From: Candidatus Heimdallarchaeota archaeon
GTDB lineage: Archaea; Asgardarchaeota; Heimdallarchaeia; Heimdallarchaeales; Heimdallarchaeaceae
Assembly (NCBI GenBank): GCA_018238545.1
Contig: JABCTC010000015.1
Span: forward strand, 15,825-79,824
DNA: 64,000 nt
Direction: 5' to 3'
In this document: positions 51,148 to 61,042 of the stretch, one piece after another
How the letters are laid out: each line of letters starts with the position of its first letter
Numbering within the stretch: position 1 is the stretch's first letter
The notes under the pieces: generated by a model
Databases searched by the model: none
Seen by the model: the letters and a program-made list of their open reading frames with translations, nothing else
Told to the model about the DNA's origin: nothing
Program-made: the position numbers and the translations under genes

Positions 51148-51966
51148 ATGCCTAAAGAGAAGAATTTTCACATTAGGAAATTTTCCCCTACAAGAAGGAT
51201 TCTCGCGGATTATAATGACGTTGCTGCTTCTTTGAATAGAGTTCATGGTTTAATAGAGATTGATGTTACTGAAGCATTAGAGAAAATAGAAAAGATTGAG
51301 AAAAAAGACAATTATAAAGTATCTTTCACTGGTTGGGTAACTAAATGTGTCAGTCAAGTTGTAAGTGAAGATAAACGGTTGAATTCTTATCGTAGAGGAG
51401 GAAGGAAAATAGTTGTTTTCGATGACATTGATATTAGTATTATAGTCGAGTTAACTTCAAAATCTGGTAAAAAGGTTCCTTACAACTATGTTATCCGGAA
51501 AGCAGAAACAAAAAGTGTTAAGACAATTACTGATGAGATTCGAGCAGCTCAGTATAAGAAGATAGGGGGAGAGGATCAACTTACCAGAGATACTTCTACC
51601 TACAGACCACTTTATTCAATCTTACCTAGATTCTTCCGCAGGTTTATTATTAGAACACTAATTTCTAACCCTTTTTACTTAAAGAAACTTATTGGAACCG
51701 TTGGAATAACCTCTCTTGGAATGTTCATTAAAGGTCAAGGAGGTTGGGCTGTGCCTTATCCAGACAAAACATTGAATATTGCTCTCGGAGGAATCAAAGA
51801 TGGTGTAGTGGTTAGAGATGGTAAAATAGAAGAAAGAAAACTGCTCTGTACAACTGTTCTCATGGATCACAATATAATAGATGGTGCTCCTGCAGCAAGA
51901 TTCATTTCCAGATTGTCAGAATTGATGAGAGATACAGCTTATCTAGATGATTTAGACAAGATTTAA
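51148..51966 (+). CDS. Stand-alone 2-oxoacid dehydrogenase E2-type acyltransferase catalytic domain
   Basis: DHNIIDGAPAARF; no lipoyl domain. Confidence 0.88.
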   Translation: MPKEKNFHIRKFSPTRRILADYNDVAASLNRVHGLIEIDVTEALEKIEKIEKKDNYKVSFTGWVTKCVSQVVSEDKRLNSYRRGGRKIVVFDDIDISIIVELTSKSGKKVPYNYVIRKAETKSVKTITDEIRAAQYKKIGGEDQLTRDTSTYRPLYSILPRFFRRFIIRTLISNPFYLKKLIGTVGITSLGMFIKGQGGWAVPYPDKTLNIALGGIKDGVVVRDGKIEERKLLCTTVLMDHNIIDGAPAARFISRLSELMRDTAYLDDLDKI

Positions 51967-52004
51967 CATATATTTTCAACTTCCCTATTTCAAACTATTT
52001 ACTC

Positions 52005-52739
52005 TTACTTTATTTCTTTAGCTAAAATCATATTTACGAGATAGTATGGCACTTCTATTATCTTTCCTTCTCTATTTTTCAGTTTCATGTCTAAATCATA
52101 GTGGAGAGACCATTTTTCTATTTTAACGCCCTCTCTTTCTTTAATTGAAACTATTTCCAAATTCTGTTCGGGTTTCAATCCTTTTTCCTCTAATTCAACA
52201 TATATTTCCTGCAAGGTGGCTTCTTGTGGGAAGTGTCTTGCGATCGCTCTTTCGATTATCTCAGTTATTTCGATAGTTTGTCCTGTTTGATGAAGTGCGA
52301 GTGGTTTGCTTTCAGGAATTATCGATATTGTTCCATCATTTTTTGGGATAAGAGCGCCATAAGGAGTTCTGATTGGCTTGATTTTCTCTTCTATCATCGT
52401 CGCTATCTCGTCTGTGAGAATGTGCTCCCACTTGCAAGCTTCCTCATGTATTTTAGACCATGGAAGACCTAGCCACTCCAGAAAGCTTTCGGACAATCTA
52501 TGTTTTCTCACGACTTTAATAGCAACTTTTTCTCCCTTAGCAGTTAACTTAGCACCGTAGTATGGCTTATAATCAATAAATTCTTTCTTAGCTAATTTTT
52601 TTAACATTGAAGTAACAGTTCCTGGATCAACATTCATCATCTCAGCTATTTGATTTGTTTTGACATGTCGGTTTCCGTATTCTAGGAACCAGAAGAAAGT
52701 TTCTAGATATTCTTCTTCTGCGTGTGTTACCTTACTCAT
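52005..52739 (-). CDS. DtxR/MntR metal-dependent regulator
   Basis: EEYL, TVT.M.K.L, RKHRL.E.FL, EAC..EH. Confidence 0.92.
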   Translation of the reverse strand: MSKVTHAEEEYLETFFWFLEYGNRHVKTNQIAEMMNVDPGTVTSMLKKLAKKEFIDYKPYYGAKLTAKGEKVAIKVVRKHRLSESFLEWLGLPWSKIHEEACKWEHILTDEIATMIEEKIKPIRTPYGALIPKNDGTISIIPESKPLALHQTGQTIEITEIIERAIARHFPQEATLQEIYVELEEKGLKPEQNLEIVSIKEREGVKIEKWSLHYDLDMKLKNREGKIIEVPYYLVNMILAKEIK

Positions 52740-52764
52740 GACTATTCAGCTCATTTCTCAAAAT

Positions 52765-53562
52765 CTATTTACCCTTGAATTCTGGTTTTCGTTTCTCAAA
52801 TATCGCTGCTATTCCTTCTCTGATATCTTCTGTTTCGAAACAAATTTTAGATCCTTCAACTTCTGCATTAAGTCCCTCTTCTAAACTAGCATTCACACCC
52901 CTGTTAATAGATCTCTTAGCTTCTTGAACAGCTATTGGAGCATTATTAGTTATTTGCTCAGCTAACTCAATAGCCTTTTCCTTTAACTTCTCAGGGGGAT
53001 AGATTGCACTAACCAAACCGATCTTGAGAGCCTCATCAGCAGGGAATTTTCTACCTGTTAGAATCAGTTCTTTTGCTATGCCTAGACCAACTGTTTTAGA
53101 TAAACGATATGTTGCGCCCCAACCTGGAGCTAAGCCAACAGTTGTTTCTGGTTGACCAAACAATGCTTTTTCTGATGCGATACGTATATCACAAGCTAAA
53201 GCAAGTTCCATTCCTCCTCCGAGAGCATAACCATTTATTGCTGCGATGACAGGAAAATGAGCTTCATCTAGCAAGGCAAAAGCTTCTTGACCAAGTTTGA
53301 TTAATTTATTTGCTTCCTTACCAAAAGATCCCATCCATTTTAAATCTGCACCCGCACACCAACTTTTACCTTCAGCATAGACGATAACCACTCTTACACT
53401 TTTATCATTCTTTAACGAAATTAGTGCATCTTTCAGTTGACAAAGCATTTCTTCGTTTAGTGTGTTAAGAGTCTTTTGACGATTAAGAGTAATCAGTGCA
53501 ATGTTATTATTGCTACCAATTTTCTCAACAAGTATTAGTGAGTCAATAGTTTCCATTAACAA
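52765..53562 (-). CDS. Enoyl-CoA hydratase/isomerase
   Basis: CAGADL, GYALGGGMELALACD, FGQPE. Confidence 0.94.
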   Translation of the reverse strand: MLMETIDSLILVEKIGSNNNIALITLNRQKTLNTLNEEMLCQLKDALISLKNDKSVRVVIVYAEGKSWCAGADLKWMGSFGKEANKLIKLGQEAFALLDEAHFPVIAAINGYALGGGMELALACDIRIASEKALFGQPETTVGLAPGWGATYRLSKTVGLGIAKELILTGRKFPADEALKIGLVSAIYPPEKLKEKAIELAEQITNNAPIAVQEAKRSINRGVNASLEEGLNAEVEGSKICFETEDIREGIAAIFEKRKPEFKGK

Positions 53563-53736
53563 GCCATATTGTTTGTGGTATCTAAACTTTTTGGGGTATA
53601 CACTTTCAAATTCTATTTTGTTGTTAAAGAGAGTATAAACTACAGCACAATTATATTCAGATAAAATCTTCCTTACGCAGATAATACGCTTATACTACAA
53701 AACTCTTTCATGTGTTTGTGTGAAAAATAGAAAATA

Positions 53737-55320
53737 TCACTGTTTATTTTCATATCCTCCTCCACCAGGAGTCTCTATAATTATTTTATCGCCTTGCTTA
53801 ATTTTTCTGGTTATTTTAGAAGGCAGATTAATAGTTTCTTCTTTTGTCTCAAGAATGTTCTTCCCTTTTGCCCCATCCATTCCTCCAAATAATCCAAAGG
53901 GTGCATGTTTTCTTCTTTCACTTTGAATAGACAGAACAGCTTCATTTGTTAACAATCTAATTGAGCGACGTATTGAATTACTTCCACACCATTTTCCTAA
54001 ACCACCTGTTTCTGGTATAATTGAATATTCTTCAATTCTTAATGGATAATATCGTTCCAGTACCTCAATTGATGTGTTTCTTGTGTTTGTCATGTGACTA
54101 TGTTTAGCATTTGGTGGAGAATAATTCTTACCAGCGCCTATACCACCTGCAATTGTTTCATAATAAGTAAACATCTCTCCATTGGGTTTCACTCCTCCAA
54201 TAATTGTATTGTTCATGGTACCACTACTGGCAGCTGGTACCTCATCAGGGAAAAGTTGTGAAAATACACCTATCATCACATCAGTTATTCTTTGACTTGT
54301 CTCAACATTTCCTGCCGCTACACCAGCAGGTGGTAAAGGATCTACTAATGTTCCTTTCTTTGTTATGATGTTCAAGGGTTCATACAAACCATAGTTAGTA
54401 GCATATTCTGTGGAAATTAAGCATCTGATAACATAATATGTTGCTGACAAAGTAACAGCATAAGGAGCGTTAATATTACCTTCAACTTGTGAATCTGTTT
54501 TAGAATAGTCGATGACTAGCTGATCACCTTGTCTTTCTACTTCAGCAGTTATTGCTATTGACTTATCATTCACTCCATCGTCATCCATGTAATCAGTATA
54601 AGTAACCTTTCTATTTTCTGGTATCCTCTTTACTAGTTCAAGAGAGGCTTTTTTTGAACGTCCATTAAGAAAGTCTATTATTTGTTGAACTCTACTTAAT
54701 GAATACTTCTTGAGAAGAGCGTGGAACTTCCTTTCACCTATTTTGGTGGATGCTAGCTGTGCTTGAATATCGCCTTTTCTCTCATCGGGTACCCTTATGT
54801 TATCTAAAAACTCTTTAAACCAAGATTGGTTTAAAGTCCCATTCCTTTCCAGAATTGTTGGGTTGATTACGTACCCTTCTTCTTCCAAAGTATATTTACC
54901 ACTTGGCATGGAGCCGGGAACTACTCCTCCAACATCAGCATGATGACATCTATTTGCAATATAGCCTACAATCTGCTTTTCAAAGAAAATAGGTTTTATA
55001 ACCGAAATATCTGGAAGATGAGTTCCACCAAGATAAGGATTGTTTGCTATGTAGATATCTCCGTCAAGAATGTTCTCTTCACCGAAATGAGCGATTATTG
55101 CTTTAACTCCTTCTGGCATAGCCCCTAAGTGAACAGGGATGTGCTCTGCTTGAGCTATTAAACGACCATACTGATCCATAACCGCACTTGAAAAATCTAA
55201 TCTATCTTTTATATTAGGAGAAAAAGCCGATCTTTGTAGAACTATTCCTGTTTCTAATGCTACGTTCTTCAATGATTGATTAATCACTTGAGCTTCTATA
55301 ATACTAAACTTGGAACTCAT
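53737..55320 (-). CDS. Hydantoinase B/5-oxoprolinase subunit
   Basis: SPNIK.R.DFS, HIPVHLG, GGTHLPD, HHADVGG, TPGGGGY. Confidence 0.93.
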   Translation of the reverse strand: MSSKFSIIEAQVINQSLKNVALETGIVLQRSAFSPNIKDRLDFSSAVMDQYGRLIAQAEHIPVHLGAMPEGVKAIIAHFGEENILDGDIYIANNPYLGGTHLPDISVIKPIFFEKQIVGYIANRCHHADVGGVVPGSMPSGKYTLEEEGYVINPTILERNGTLNQSWFKEFLDNIRVPDERKGDIQAQLASTKIGERKFHALLKKYSLSRVQQIIDFLNGRSKKASLELVKRIPENRKVTYTDYMDDDGVNDKSIAITAEVERQGDQLVIDYSKTDSQVEGNINAPYAVTLSATYYVIRCLISTEYATNYGLYEPLNIITKKGTLVDPLPPAGVAAGNVETSQRITDVMIGVFSQLFPDEVPAASSGTMNNTIIGGVKPNGEMFTYYETIAGGIGAGKNYSPPNAKHSHMTNTRNTSIEVLERYYPLRIEEYSIIPETGGLGKWCGSNSIRRSIRLLTNEAVLSIQSERRKHAPFGLFGGMDGAKGKNILETKEETINLPSKITRKIKQGDKIIIETPGGGGYENKQ

Positions 55321-57395
55321 TTTTTCTCCTCCATTACAATATAACCTAAGGAATTTATCTTCCCAATAACCTTAGGAGGAATTATTGTTGTTGTATCTAA
55401 TTGGTCAATAATACAAGGTCCTTCAACCACATTACCACTTAATAGAAGATTTTTGTTGTATACTGGAGCATCTAACCAATTACCATCAAAGTTTACCTTT
55501 CGACTTGTTTTACGTGCTTCCTCAGGAGGTCTATCTGTTCCAACAGGTAGTTTTGTCATCGTTATTCTCGGCACATATCCAACTGCTTCTACTGAGATAT
55601 TTACAAGTTCTACAGTTAAATCCCTATCAATCCAAGAATAGTTTTGATTGTGCAAAGAGTGGAAGTTCTCTATCAAATCATCTAAGGTTGCTTTGTTTAT
55701 TGGGTAAGTCGCTGAAATCGTTAATGAATCAGATTGCCCCATGTAGCGCATATCAACCGAGTAGTTGAAGGCTCTTTGTTCTTCTTCCACATCTTCTTTA
55801 GCCAATACCTTAGCCAATCTCTCCTTGATATCTAACATCTTCTTGTTTATGTCCGCAAATTCTACTTCGTTTGTTGCTTGAAGATAAGATTGTGTCACCT
55901 CATGTTTAATATCAGAACTTACAAGACCAAAAGCTGACCATACACCAGGATAAGGAGGAATAATCACTCCACCCATTTCTAATTCTTTAGCTATTTCCCA
56001 AGATTGCAAAGGTCCCGCTCCACCAAAACCTAATAGAGCAAAATCTCTTGGATCTAGACCTCTTTGAATGGTTACAACCCGTATCGCGTTTGCGATGTTA
56101 TTGTTAAGAATCTTCCTTATTGAAAGTGCTAATTCATCTATTGATTCTATCTCAAGAGAGTAGGTAGAAGAATTAATCTCATCTAGCAATTTTTGTAGAT
56201 AGAACTCCGATTTTCCTATATCAATATCCATGTTCCCAGCAAAATTATCTTCATGAACATAACCGAGAAACAGGTTTGCATCAGTTAATGTCACTTTATC
56301 CCCCCCTAAGGAGTAACATGCTGGACCTGGGTTTGCCCCTTGAGATTCTGGTCCAACGGACAATAATCCATCCTTAAATTTGGCTATGGAACCTCCACCG
56401 CTCCCAATTGTTTCAACATCAACCATACTTGCAATAAGAGGAAAGCCACCAAAATTCCTTGACCTCAAAATTATTGGTTGATCAATAAGAGCAGAAACAT
56501 CTGTTGATGTTCCGCCTATATCTAGAGAAACTAAATTTGTCCTATTCAGGTGTTTCAAACTATCAGCAGCTGCTAACACTCCTCCTGCTAAACCAGAATA
56601 AAGTGTTTGAATGCCTGACCTTCCGATTGTTTTCACGTCTGCCATTCCTGTATTGGATTGCATGATTAATAGTGGTGCTTTGACATCTATTTTCTTCAAT
56701 TGTTTCTCTAATTTACGCAAGTAAGTGTGCACAACTGGACTAACTTTAGCATTTACCAGAGTGGTTACAGCTCTCTCATATTCCTTTATTTGGGGACTAA
56801 TCTCATGTGAAGGAAAGACTTGAATGTTTTTATCATCGAAAAATGAAGAGACAGATTTCTCATTTTGAGGGTTAAGAAAAGAGAATAGCAGTGATACTGC
56901 TACTGTTTGAATTGAGTTTGTTTTTAGTTCAGATAGTAGGGAATCTAAATTAGACATATCGAGTGGTTTGACAACCTTACCATCTCTATCTAATCTTTCA
57001 TCCACCTCAAACAAAATATCCTTTGAAAACGAAATAGGATATTTCTCTCTAAATTTGAAGTTATAAAGTTCAGATCGCTGTTGTCTACCTATTTCTACAA
57101 TGTCTTGAAATCCTTTTGTTGTAACAAATGCTACGGGAGGACACTTATCTTCCAAAAATGCATTAGTCCCAATTGTTGTTCCATGAACAATTAAATCAAT
57201 ATCACCTGCTTGAAAATGAAATACTTTCATTACTTCTTTTAATCCCTCAATTATCCCTATACTTGGATCTGCAGGAGTTGTTGGAACTTTCCATGCATAA
57301 ATCTCACCATTATTAGAGACAATAACATAATCAGTAAAAGTTCCACCGGTATCGATCCCTATTCTTATTGGGCCTTTCAAGCTGTTTAAATTCAA
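55317..57395 (-). CDS. Hydantoinase A/5-oxoprolinase subunit
   Basis: DTGGTFTD, HGTT, DIGGTSTD, GPACY. Confidence 0.93.
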   Translation of the reverse strand: MNLNSLKGPIRIGIDTGGTFTDYVIVSNNGEIYAWKVPTTPADPSIGIIEGLKEVMKVFHFQAGDIDLIVHGTTIGTNAFLEDKCPPVAFVTTKGFQDIVEIGRQQRSELYNFKFREKYPISFSKDILFEVDERLDRDGKVVKPLDMSNLDSLLSELKTNSIQTVAVSLLFSFLNPQNEKSVSSFFDDKNIQVFPSHEISPQIKEYERAVTTLVNAKVSPVVHTYLRKLEKQLKKIDVKAPLLIMQSNTGMADVKTIGRSGIQTLYSGLAGGVLAAADSLKHLNRTNLVSLDIGGTSTDVSALIDQPIILRSRNFGGFPLIASMVDVETIGSGGGSIAKFKDGLLSVGPESQGANPGPACYSLGGDKVTLTDANLFLGYVHEDNFAGNMDIDIGKSEFYLQKLLDEINSSTYSLEIESIDELALSIRKILNNNIANAIRVVTIQRGLDPRDFALLGFGGAGPLQSWEIAKELEMGGVIIPPYPGVWSAFGLVSSDIKHEVTQSYLQATNEVEFADINKKMLDIKERLAKVLAKEDVEEEQRAFNYSVDMRYMGQSDSLTISATYPINKATLDDLIENFHSLHNQNYSWIDRDLTVELVNISVEAVGYVPRITMTKLPVGTDRPPEEARKTSRKVNFDGNWLDAPVYNKNLLLSGNVVEGPCIIDQLDTTTIIPPKVIGKINSLGYIVMEEKK

Positions 57396-57514
57396 ACGTT
57401 ATCAGTATAAAAAAGAAAAAGGAGAATTTAAAGTTTAGTAGATAATGAGTTATTTCCCCGAACGTCTCCGAACAGGAGAAAATTACCACTGTTATCATCT
57501 CTGCTTCGATTGCT

Positions 57515-58723
57515 CTACACAGTCCAACAGTGCGGATGACTCACGGCATCCACTGTCCCGTAGGTAAAGACCATCGGGAATACTTTTCTGCCGATATTAG
57601 CTGCGGCATTACAATCAGCATTAAGCAAGGTACCAGCTTTACTTCTAAATAGACCTCGTTTCACTCGTTTGCCAAGATAGCTAGGATGCTTAGCAATGCG
57701 CTCATTATCGACAAATGAACATTTGGACGTATACTCCTCTGCTATTAAAACAACTTTTATCCCCTCCTCTTCAGCTTTATACTGAAGTTTGTGAACTAAG
57801 CTTAAGAAGGGGATGGAGATGAATGTCTGATTATTCTTCTTCCCCATCTTGCTCTGCTGCTTCCAACTCTTGTTATAGCCAATAACAATTGTATCTATAC
57901 TATGCTTCACACATTGGTTGATGACGATCCTAGAAGCTTGGTGGAGATAGTTTTCTATTCTCTGGTACCGCTTGTCTAACAATTTTTTCATCCTCTGCCC
58001 ATACTCAGCTAATCCTTGTAAATCATATATAGATTGGAGACGGGAACGTTCCTTGTTGTACCACTGGTTGATAGCCTTCATTTTCCTCCCTTTGACGAGG
58101 AACGGAGAAAAGCTGTTACTCACACAAGTCAAGAGATTATTTACTCCTAGATCGATAGCCAAGATATTCTTTGTTTGGAGAGGAGAATTAGCTGTTTTCG
58201 TTACTATTTCTCGTTCGTAAATTATCTCCAAGATAAAACATGTCCCCTTAGGTAGTAGACGAACATGATTGATTTTTGTTCCTTCTTTCAACCTTGTTCT
58301 CACTTTCAATCCTACTTTCTTGGGAAAATGTACCCATCCCTCTTTTTTGATCTTTACCTGATTAGCAGTGAAGTAGATGGTGTGAAACCCTCGTTTCTTC
58401 TTATACTTAGGTGCACGAGGCGGGGAGTGGAAATTCTGGGGATGTTTCTTATATTCTTTCTTTGCTCTGAAATATGCTTTCCAGTTCTTTACCAGAAATT
58501 TTATCGTTTGTTGAGCAGAATGGGCGATAAATTCTGTATAGCACGGATGGTACCGTAGAATATTCACTAACTCATATTCTGAGGTCATGTAATTGTTATT
58601 TTTCAGTTGTTTCTTGATGATATAATTGCCATAATTATAGATATTCTTGCTCTGTCTCGCTAACTGCATAAGCGTGAAACTCTGCTTCACTTTTATCCGT
58701 TCAGTCCGTTTAACGAGCATCAC
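57515..58723 (-). CDS. tnpB: RNA-guided endonuclease TnpB
   Basis: AIDLGVNN, IGYN..WKQ, EEYTSKCS, NADCNAA.NI. Confidence 0.93.
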   Translation of the reverse strand: MMLVKRTERIKVKQSFTLMQLARQSKNIYNYGNYIIKKQLKNNNYMTSEYELVNILRYHPCYTEFIAHSAQQTIKFLVKNWKAYFRAKKEYKKHPQNFHSPPRAPKYKKKRGFHTIYFTANQVKIKKEGWVHFPKKVGLKVRTRLKEGTKINHVRLLPKGTCFILEIIYEREIVTKTANSPLQTKNILAIDLGVNNLLTCVSNSFSPFLVKGRKMKAINQWYNKERSRLQSIYDLQGLAEYGQRMKKLLDKRYQRIENYLHQASRIVINQCVKHSIDTIVIGYNKSWKQQSKMGKKNNQTFISIPFLSLVHKLQYKAEEEGIKVVLIAEEYTSKCSFVDNERIAKHPSYLGKRVKRGLFRSKAGTLLNADCNAAANIGRKVFPMVFTYGTVDAVSHPHCWTV

Positions 58724-59096
58724 TACTTTTTTTGTTTTTCCCTATTTAAACCCCCAATCTCTTTGGTAGCTCACTTTCTCACTTCGCTCTACTTCGGAGA
58801 TTACTTTCATCATTTGACAATTGTAGTGCCCGTAACATTTTATCTGTTCTTTCTTAACCACTAGCTGGTTCTTCTAATCTTTCTCTATTTTTGCAATTCT
58901 TCTTCTATTACTTCTATCTGTCAATATTTTCACCTGTATATTGTTACGTGGCACTCGCTATGTTGTGTAATAAACTCATTCCGCCAACCAAGCGTTCACC
59001 CTCAGTTTCATTATGCATAAAACAATAAAAACACCAAAGAAAATATATTACAAACATCAGTGAAGAAGTAGAAAAAATTAAGGAGATTAAATGAGT

Positions 59097-60080
59097 CTAT
59101 CGTATAGCTTCGTAATCTTGTACCCAATCAGATGCTTCGTCTAATCTTTTAATTTCGTCTTCATCTAATTTCACTTCTAAAGCACCGATATTTTCTTCTA
59201 GCTGTTCAACACTATTTGCCCCAATGATTGGTGCGGTTATGAAATCTTTGTCTATTACCCATGCTAGAGCTACTTGTGTCATCTTAACATCTTTAGAATC
59301 AGCTATCTCTTTCACCATCTCGTGTATCTTCCATCTCTTTTCAGAGAAATATCTTTTTTGAGCACCTTCACTTCGAGGAGTATCAGGTAAAGCGCCATCA
59401 CGCGAGTATCTATCTGTTAAGAAACCACCTGCTAATGGGCTGTAAGATATAACTCCCAGACCGTATTTCTTGATCACGTGAAACATTTGATGTTCAACAA
59501 GCATTCGACGAACAATACTGTAAGGAGGTTGAACTGTATCAAAACGAGCATATCCGTTCTTTTCACTTACCCAAAATGATTCTACTATCATCCATGGATG
59601 AATATTAGAGGCACCAAGATAATTCACAACGCCCTTGTCAACAAGTAAATTTAGCGCGTGTAGAGTTTCTTCTATGGGTGTATCATTATCAAAACTATGA
59701 ATTTGATATAAATCTACCCAGTCAGTTTGTAGCCTTTTAAGACTCGCTGCTATTGCTTGATGAACGTGTCTTCGAGATAATCCTCGATCATTAATGTCAT
59801 CTGACATTGTGCCACGAAGTTTAGTTGCCAGAACCAAATCAGTTCTTGTTCCCCGGTCTTTCAGCCAACGTCCAATAATCTCTTCTGTTTTTCCAGGATA
59901 ACTATTATCTGCCCAATAGCTATAAACATCAGCTGTATCAAAACAATTTATTCCTAACTCTAAAGCTCTATCCATGATTTTGAAGGATTCTTCCTCTTCT
60001 ACTCTCCATCCAAACTGCATAGTGCCAAGCACAAGTGGGGAGATTTTTATCCCTGTTGTACCTAATCTCACGTATTCCAT
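59097..60080 (-). CDS. Aldo/keto reductase
   Basis: LGTMQFG, DTADVY, DLYQIH, YSPLAGG. Confidence 0.93.
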   Translation of the reverse strand: MEYVRLGTTGIKISPLVLGTMQFGWRVEEEESFKIMDRALELGINCFDTADVYSYWADNSYPGKTEEIIGRWLKDRGTRTDLVLATKLRGTMSDDINDRGLSRRHVHQAIAASLKRLQTDWVDLYQIHSFDNDTPIEETLHALNLLVDKGVVNYLGASNIHPWMIVESFWVSEKNGYARFDTVQPPYSIVRRMLVEHQMFHVIKKYGLGVISYSPLAGGFLTDRYSRDGALPDTPRSEGAQKRYFSEKRWKIHEMVKEIADSKDVKMTQVALAWVIDKDFITAPIIGANSVEQLEENIGALEVKLDEDEIKRLDEASDWVQDYEAIR

Positions 60081-60118
60081 AAAATAATATTTACTTAAGT
60101 AAGATAAAAGAATTCGCT

Positions 60119-60706
60119 TCAATCAATATTTTTCGAAGCTATTTCTTGGTATTTGAAGCAGTAAGTCATATGATCATTTACCATACCTACAGCCTGCATG
60201 AAAGCATAAATTATCGTGTTTCCTACAAAATTCATTCCCCGTTTCTTCAAGTCTTTAGATATTTTATCAGATAAATCGGTTTTAGCAGGAACCTCTTTCC
60301 AAGTTTTGAAACCATTATTTATTGGTTTGTTGTCAATATAAGCCCAGAGATATTTGTCAAAAGAACCAAACTCTTCCCGAATGGCTATGAAGGCTTTAGC
60401 GTTTTGAATAGCAGAACGCACCTTCAACTTATTTCTAACTATGCCTTCATCATTCAATAATCTCTCAACGTCTTTCTCGCCATACTTTGCAACTTTGTTA
60501 AAGTCAAAATTATCTAGAGCTTTTCTATAGTTCTCCCTTTTGTTAAGAATTGTATTCCAATTCAAACCAGCTTGAGCTCCCTCTAAGATTATAAACTCAA
60601 AAAGAACTTGGTCATCATGAACAGGAGTTCCCCACTCATCATCGTGATAAGCTCTTGAAAGTTCACTCTTATCTCCCCAACATCTTTTAACATCCATAAT
60701 TATCAC
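60119..60706 (-). CDS. tag: DNA-3-methyladenine glycosylase I
   Basis: RC.W, YHDDEWG, EGAQAGL.W, NDH...C. Confidence 0.95.
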   Translation of the reverse strand: MIIMDVKRCWGDKSELSRAYHDDEWGTPVHDDQVLFEFIILEGAQAGLNWNTILNKRENYRKALDNFDFNKVAKYGEKDVERLLNDEGIVRNKLKVRSAIQNAKAFIAIREEFGSFDKYLWAYIDNKPINNGFKTWKEVPAKTDLSDKISKDLKKRGMNFVGNTIIYAFMQAVGMVNDHMTYCFKYQEIASKNID

Positions 60707-60756
60707 TTTGTAATGTTAGAACTTTGAAGATTTTATCTTTTCTATAGAACAAAAAA

Positions 60757-61017
60757 TTAGTTTTTTGAGTTAGTCTTCTCTTTAACAAATTTCTCGCGAA
60801 TCGAGGAAAAAACTTTCGAGAGAAGAGAATTTGTATCGTCACTTACAGCATTTTTAATTATAGTATCTCTGTTGCTGTGATAAAACCTGTGCTCTCCTAT
60901 ACAGTGTGGATGTAACATTACCTTGCATATTTTGCACACCGCAAAACTTGCTCCACAGGTTTTCTTACCTTGCCCTAATGGTTTTCCACAGTGACCGCAC
61001 TTACCGAATATAGACAT
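60757..61017 (-). CDS. Small Cys/His zinc-finger protein (B-box/C1-like)
   Basis: CxxC...CxxC-x4-H-x2-C-x3-H-x3-H. Confidence 0.6.
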   Translation of the reverse strand: MSIFGKCGHCGKPLGQGKKTCGASFAVCKICKVMLHPHCIGEHRFYHSNRDTIIKNAVSDDTNSLLSKVFSSIREKFVKEKTNSKN

Positions 61018-61042
61018 ATATGACTACGCAACATAGACACTT

